64,000 nucleotides of DNA from Rhodocyclaceae bacterium (lineage in GTDB: Bacteria > Pseudomonadota > Gammaproteobacteria > Burkholderiales > Rhodocyclaceae), in assembly GCA_036279515.1 (NCBI GenBank), contig DASUJA010000048.1:19479-83478 (forward strand), read 5' to 3'. Position 1 is the first letter of the stretch, and the number at the start of each line of letters is the position of its first letter. Below are positions 60,647-64,000 of this stretch, in pieces. The notes below the pieces were generated by a model that had not been told where the DNA came from, ran no database searches, and was given only the letters and a program-made list of their open reading frames with translations. The translations under genes and the position numbers were made by a program.

Positions 60647-62440
60647 ATGGATAGCTTGCGTGCTTTGTACCAATGGTCGGAAAAAAGCTTTTGGAATTCG
60701 CTGACCAAGAAGCTATGCAGCTTTCTGTTGGTGCCTCTCTTCACCCTGATCTATCTGGGTATCTACGTCAGCCAGAAGAGCAGCGTCGAGGCAGCCATCG
60801 CTGCTGCCGGAATCTCTCCGTCAGCGGCGAAGGCCATTGCCGATTCCCTGGACACTGGCCTCTACGCCATGATCGGACTGACCGTGTTCGTCATGGCGGT
60901 GGCCGTGGCCCAGGTGCTTTACCTGCGTTTCCTCATCGTTCGTCCGGTGAAAACCATCACCGGCATCTTCGATGAAATTTCCCGGGGTGAAGGCGACTTC
61001 TCCCGGGATCTTCCCCTGATTACCTGGGACGAGTTCCGTGACTTGGCTCAGAGCTACAACAGCTTCGCTGAGAAGATGCGTCAGATCATCTCCGAGGTGC
61101 GGCGTTCCAGCATTTCCATCGCCTGCGAAGCAGTGCGGGTGCAGACCACCGTCGGCCAAACCGGCGCTACTGCGCGAGAGCAGGGCGAGCTTTCCGAACG
61201 AGTGTTCACCTCCAGCACCGAGTCCACCCAAGCTATCGGCGAGGTGTCCCAAAGTACCCATGTGATTTCCGGTGCCACCGAGCACAACCTCGCCAATGCG
61301 CGGGAATCCCTGGCAGAAATGCGTTCCATCGCCGACAAGATCAGCGCGATGGGCGAAAAGATGATCCAGTCCAATCGCACGGTGGATGACCTTTCCCGCC
61401 GTTCCAAGAGCATTCATGAGATCGCCACCCTCATCCGCGAAGTGGCGGAGCAAACCAATCTGCTGGCCCTGAACGCCGCCATCGAGGCGGCCCGCGCCGG
61501 CGAGGCGGGGCGCGGCTTCGCCGTGGTGGCCGACGAAGTGCGCAAGCTGGCCGAACGCGTGGATACGGCCTCCAGCGATATCACCGGCAATATCGGTTCA
61601 ATGCTGTCATTGGTGGAAACCACCCGCGCCGAGAACGAAGTCATCAGCGCCGACGTGGCCCAGACCCAGGAAGTGGTGAGCCGTTCGTCTGCCCAGTTTG
61701 AAGTGATGGTGCAGGACTTCGAGCGGACTGGCGAACAGCTACTACGCATCAGCGCAGCCATGGAGCAGTTGTCCTCCACCAACACTTTGGTGCACGGCAA
61801 CGTGACCCGGGTCCACGAGCTCTCGAACACAGCCGCCGGCCTCATGAAGACCAGCGAGGAAAGCACCACCGAATTGTCCGTGGCCACCGAGGGCGTGCTG
61901 GAACTGGTGTCCCGTTTCAAGATTGGCAAGGGACGTTTTGACCAGTGCGTAGAGGTCGTCCGTAGTTTGCGCGACGGCCTGCAAAGGGAGTTGGAGGCCA
62001 TGGCGGCCAAGGGCATCGACGTTTTCGACCGGAACTACCGCCCTATCGGCAAGACCGTGCCGCAGAAGTACGAGGTGTGCTGGACCGAGGAATACATCCG
62101 CCGCTGCCAGCAACTGCTGGAAGACACCCTGGCCGCCTTCCCCGCCGCCACCTACGCCGTAGGTGTTAATACGGATGGCTACCTGGCCGCCCATAACTTA
62201 AAGTTTTCTCGCCCCCTGACCGGGAACGATGCCGTCGATCTGGTGGCAAACCGTACCCGCCGCAAGTTTGATAATCCTGGCGAACTGCGAGCGGCCCGCA
62301 ATACCCTGCCTCTGCTGGTGCGTACTTACCTGCGTGACACCGGCGAGATTCTTTGCGATCTCGCCATGCCCATCCAGGTAAATGGCCGCCTCTGGGGCAA
62401 CGTGCGGGTCGGTTGCCAGATGGAGGTGTTGGCTGGGTAA
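60647..62440 (+). CDS. Methyl-accepting chemotaxis protein with a C-terminal cytoplasmic PAS/Cache-like domain
   Basis: Two TM segments with a periplasmic loop of about 30 aa. HAMP. MA domain ([32 protein letters not shown]). C-terminal ~170 aa ([18 protein letters not shown]...[22 protein letters not shown]). Confidence 0.8.
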   Translation: MDSLRALYQWSEKSFWNSLTKKLCSFLLVPLFTLIYLGIYVSQKSSVEAAIAAAGISPSAAKAIADSLDTGLYAMIGLTVFVMAVAVAQVLYLRFLIVRPVKTITGIFDEISRGEGDFSRDLPLITWDEFRDLAQSYNSFAEKMRQIISEVRRSSISIACEAVRVQTTVGQTGATAREQGELSERVFTSSTESTQAIGEVSQSTHVISGATEHNLANARESLAEMRSIADKISAMGEKMIQSNRTVDDLSRRSKSIHEIATLIREVAEQTNLLALNAAIEAARAGEAGRGFAVVADEVRKLAERVDTASSDITGNIGSMLSLVETTRAENEVISADVAQTQEVVSRSSAQFEVMVQDFERTGEQLLRISAAMEQLSSTNTLVHGNVTRVHELSNTAAGLMKTSEESTTELSVATEGVLELVSRFKIGKGRFDQCVEVVRSLRDGLQRELEAMAAKGIDVFDRNYRPIGKTVPQKYEVCWTEEYIRRCQQLLEDTLAAFPAATYAVGVNTDGYLAAHNLKFSRPLTGNDAVDLVANRTRRKFDNPGELRAARNTLPLLVRTYLRDTGEILCDLAMPIQVNGRLWGNVRVGCQMEVLAG

Positions 62441-62604
62441 GCTTGGCCGCGCAGCAGTCGAACCGCTGTCCGCCAGTTATCCGCTGCCAGTGCCATACGC
62501 AATCGGTATGGCCTGCCCGCCGAATTTGTATTGGACCCCTTGAATGGGGTTTGCATAGCATTGCCCTCCGACAGAGAACACTTCTTCCAACCCGAGGAAC
62601 ATTG

Positions 62605-64000
62605 ATGAAATCCATCCGCAGCATCCTGGTTGCCAATCGAAGCGAAATCGCCATCCGCGTCATGCGGGCCGCGTCGGAATTGGGCATCCGCACCGTGGGC
62701 ATTTACTCCAACGAAGACCGCTTCGCCCTGCATCGCTTCAAAGCGGACGAAAGCTATCTCGTCGGCGACGGCAAGAAGCCCATCGGCGCCTACCTGGATA
62801 TTCCGGACATCATTCGTGTCGCCAAACTGGCGAAGGTGGACGCCATCCACCCCGGCTACGGCTTCCTCTCCGAGAACCCAGACTTCGCCGAAGCCTGTGC
62901 CGAGGCCAGCATCGCTTTCATTGGCCCCAAGCCGGAGGTGATGCGCGAGCTGGGCAACAAGGTGGCCGCCCGCGCCCTGGCCGAAAAGGTCGGCGTGCCC
63001 GTGGTGCCCGCCACTGGCGCACTGCCCTACGACATGGAAGAGTGCCGCAAGCAGGCCGAGAAGATCGGCTACCCCATCATGCTCAAGGCGAGCTGGGGTG
63101 GCGGTGGTCGCGGCATGCGCGCCATCAACAACGAATCCGAACTGGCCCCCGCCATCGAAGTGGCCCGGCGCGAAGCCGCCGCCGCTTTCGGCAACGACGA
63201 GGTCTATCTGGAAAAGATGGTGGTCCGCGCCCGCCACGTGGAAGTGCAGGTGATGGGCGATACCCACGGCAACCTGGTCCACCTGTTCGAGCGCGACTGC
63301 TCTGTGCAGCGTCGCAACCAGAAGGTCGTCGAGCGCGCGCCTGCGCCCTATCTCTCGGAGGAGCAACGCCAGTCCCTCTGCGCCTCGGCCCTCAAGCTCG
63401 CCGCCGGCGTGAACTACACCCACGCCGGCACTGTGGAATTCCTCATGGATGCCGACACGGGCAACTTCTACTTCATCGAAGTGAATCCCCGCGTCCAGGT
63501 CGAGCACACAGTGACGGAAGAAGTCACCGGCCTCGACATCATCAAGGCCCAGATCCGCGTCACCGAAGGCGGCAAGATCGGCAGCGACGACTACTTGCCT
63601 GAGCAGAAGAACATCCGCCTCTCCGGCCACGCCCTGCAATGCCGCATCACCACCGAGGATCCGGAGAAGAACTTCACCCCCGACTACGGCAAGCTCACCG
63701 CCTACCGCAGCGCCGCCGGTGCCGGCATCCGCCTCGATGCAGGTACCGCCTACACCGGCGCCGTGATCACGCCCTTCTACGACTCGTTGCTGGTGAAGAT
63801 CACCGCTCGCGGCCATGACCCCGAAGAGGCCATCCGCCGCATGGATCGCGCCCTGCGCGAGTTCCGCATCCGTGGCGTCACCTCCAACCTGGCCTTCGTC
63901 GAGAACGTCATCGCCCATCCGCTGTTCAAGAGCGGCGAATGCACCACCCGCTTCATCGACACCACGCCGGAACTGTTCACCTTCAAGCCCCGCCGCGACC
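62605..64000 (+). CDS. pyc: Pyruvate carboxylase, N-terminal biotin-carboxylase part (runs off the right edge)
   Basis: IRSILVANRSEIAIRVMRAASELGIRTVGIYSNEDRFALHRFKADESYLVG. ATP-grasp core (GYPIMLKASWGGGGRGMR). Absent from the ORF track because there is no stop in the window. Confidence 0.9.
   Translation, partial: MKSIRSILVANRSEIAIRVMRAASELGIRTVGIYSNEDRFALHRFKADESYLVGDGKKPIGAYLDIPDIIRVAKLAKVDAIHPGYGFLSENPDFAEACAEASIAFIGPKPEVMRELGNKVAARALAEKVGVPVVPATGALPYDMEECRKQAEKIGYPIMLKASWGGGGRGMRAINNESELAPAIEVARREAAAAFGNDEVYLEKMVVRARHVEVQVMGDTHGNLVHLFERDCSVQRRNQKVVERAPAPYLSEEQRQSLCASALKLAAGVNYTHAGTVEFLMDADTGNFYFIEVNPRVQVEHTVTEEVTGLDIIKAQIRVTEGGKIGSDDYLPEQKNIRLSGHALQCRITTEDPEKNFTPDYGKLTAYRSAAGAGIRLDAGTAYTGAVITPFYDSLLVKITARGHDPEEAIRRMDRALREFRIRGVTSNLAFVENVIAHPLFKSGECTTRFIDTTPELFTFKPRRD

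Noticed and set aside
61900-62440. PilZ domain at the C-terminus of the MCP
   Set aside because: No RxxxR ... (D/N)xSxxG pair. The [13 protein letters not shown] ... [10 protein letters not shown] pattern fits a PAS/Cache-like fold better.
1-64000. CRISPR arrays, rRNA, IS elements
   Set aside because: No regularly spaced direct repeats, rRNA-like conserved blocks or transposase-like ORFs were seen anywhere in the window.

Overview
High-GC (about 65%) chromosomal segment that looks betaproteobacterial (Rhodocyclales/Burkholderiales-like codon usage and gene content). I support about 48 protein-coding genes, no rRNA, tRNA or CRISPR, and no obvious IS or transposase. The ORF track translates GTG/TTG starts as M, and many long antisense ORFs in this GC-rich DNA are artefacts.

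Gene content, left to right:
- A tandem pair of Aas-family lipid-remodelling genes: an LplT(MFS)-acyltransferase fusion running off the left edge, and a second paralog whose N-terminus is a ceramidase-like (CREST-type) membrane domain.
- An XRE regulator, then dinB (polymerase IV) followed on the same strand by two translationally coupled multi-PAS hybrid histidine kinases and a Crp/Fnr regulator.
- A small histidine kinase plus receiver-TPR response regulator, followed by a lower-GC cluster of low-complexity, His/Met/Gln-rich proteins: a Spy/CpxP-like protein, a PAF-AH-like lipoprotein, a Gln-rich repeat protein and a two-EF-hand protein.
- A MacAB-TolC-type ABC efflux operon with a 22-bp perfect palindrome between the ATPase and permease genes.
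- A HIT protein plus a 548-aa unknown; the ubiquinone module DUF971-ubiE-Tim44-like-ubiJ, with an orphan TaqI-like N6-adenine methyltransferase where ubiB is expected.
- A flotillin (YqiK-like) gene, htpX, a DUF475 gene and an NhaR-like regulator.
- A 1,283-aa DUF3683/FAD/Fe-S oxidoreductase, then a secreted trypsin-like protease followed by a lower-GC islet of two small unknown proteins.
- A Cache-sensor HK/NarL-type RR pair divergent from a liv-type branched-chain amino acid ABC transporter (livK, livH, fused livM-livG, livF).
- A lower-GC islet carrying a DinD/BRO-N-like gene and a 283-aa unknown.
- A lactate-utilisation locus (GntR/LldR-like, lutA-lutC-lutB, a YdiJ/Dld-like FAD/Fe-S dehydrogenase, lldP) and an MCP with an unusual C-terminal PAS/Cache-like domain; the 5' part of pyruvate carboxylase runs off the right edge.

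Two copies of a REP-like palindromic intergenic element are present, around 1.55-1.72 kb and 46.15-46.25 kb.

My best candidates for an undescribed system are:
- the DinD-like islet at 49.9-52.05 kb;
- the protease-adjacent islet at 41.7-42.6 kb;
- the low-complexity EF-hand/His-tract gene cluster at 16-19.6 kb;
- the ceramidase-like/Aas fusion at 1.7-4.7 kb.
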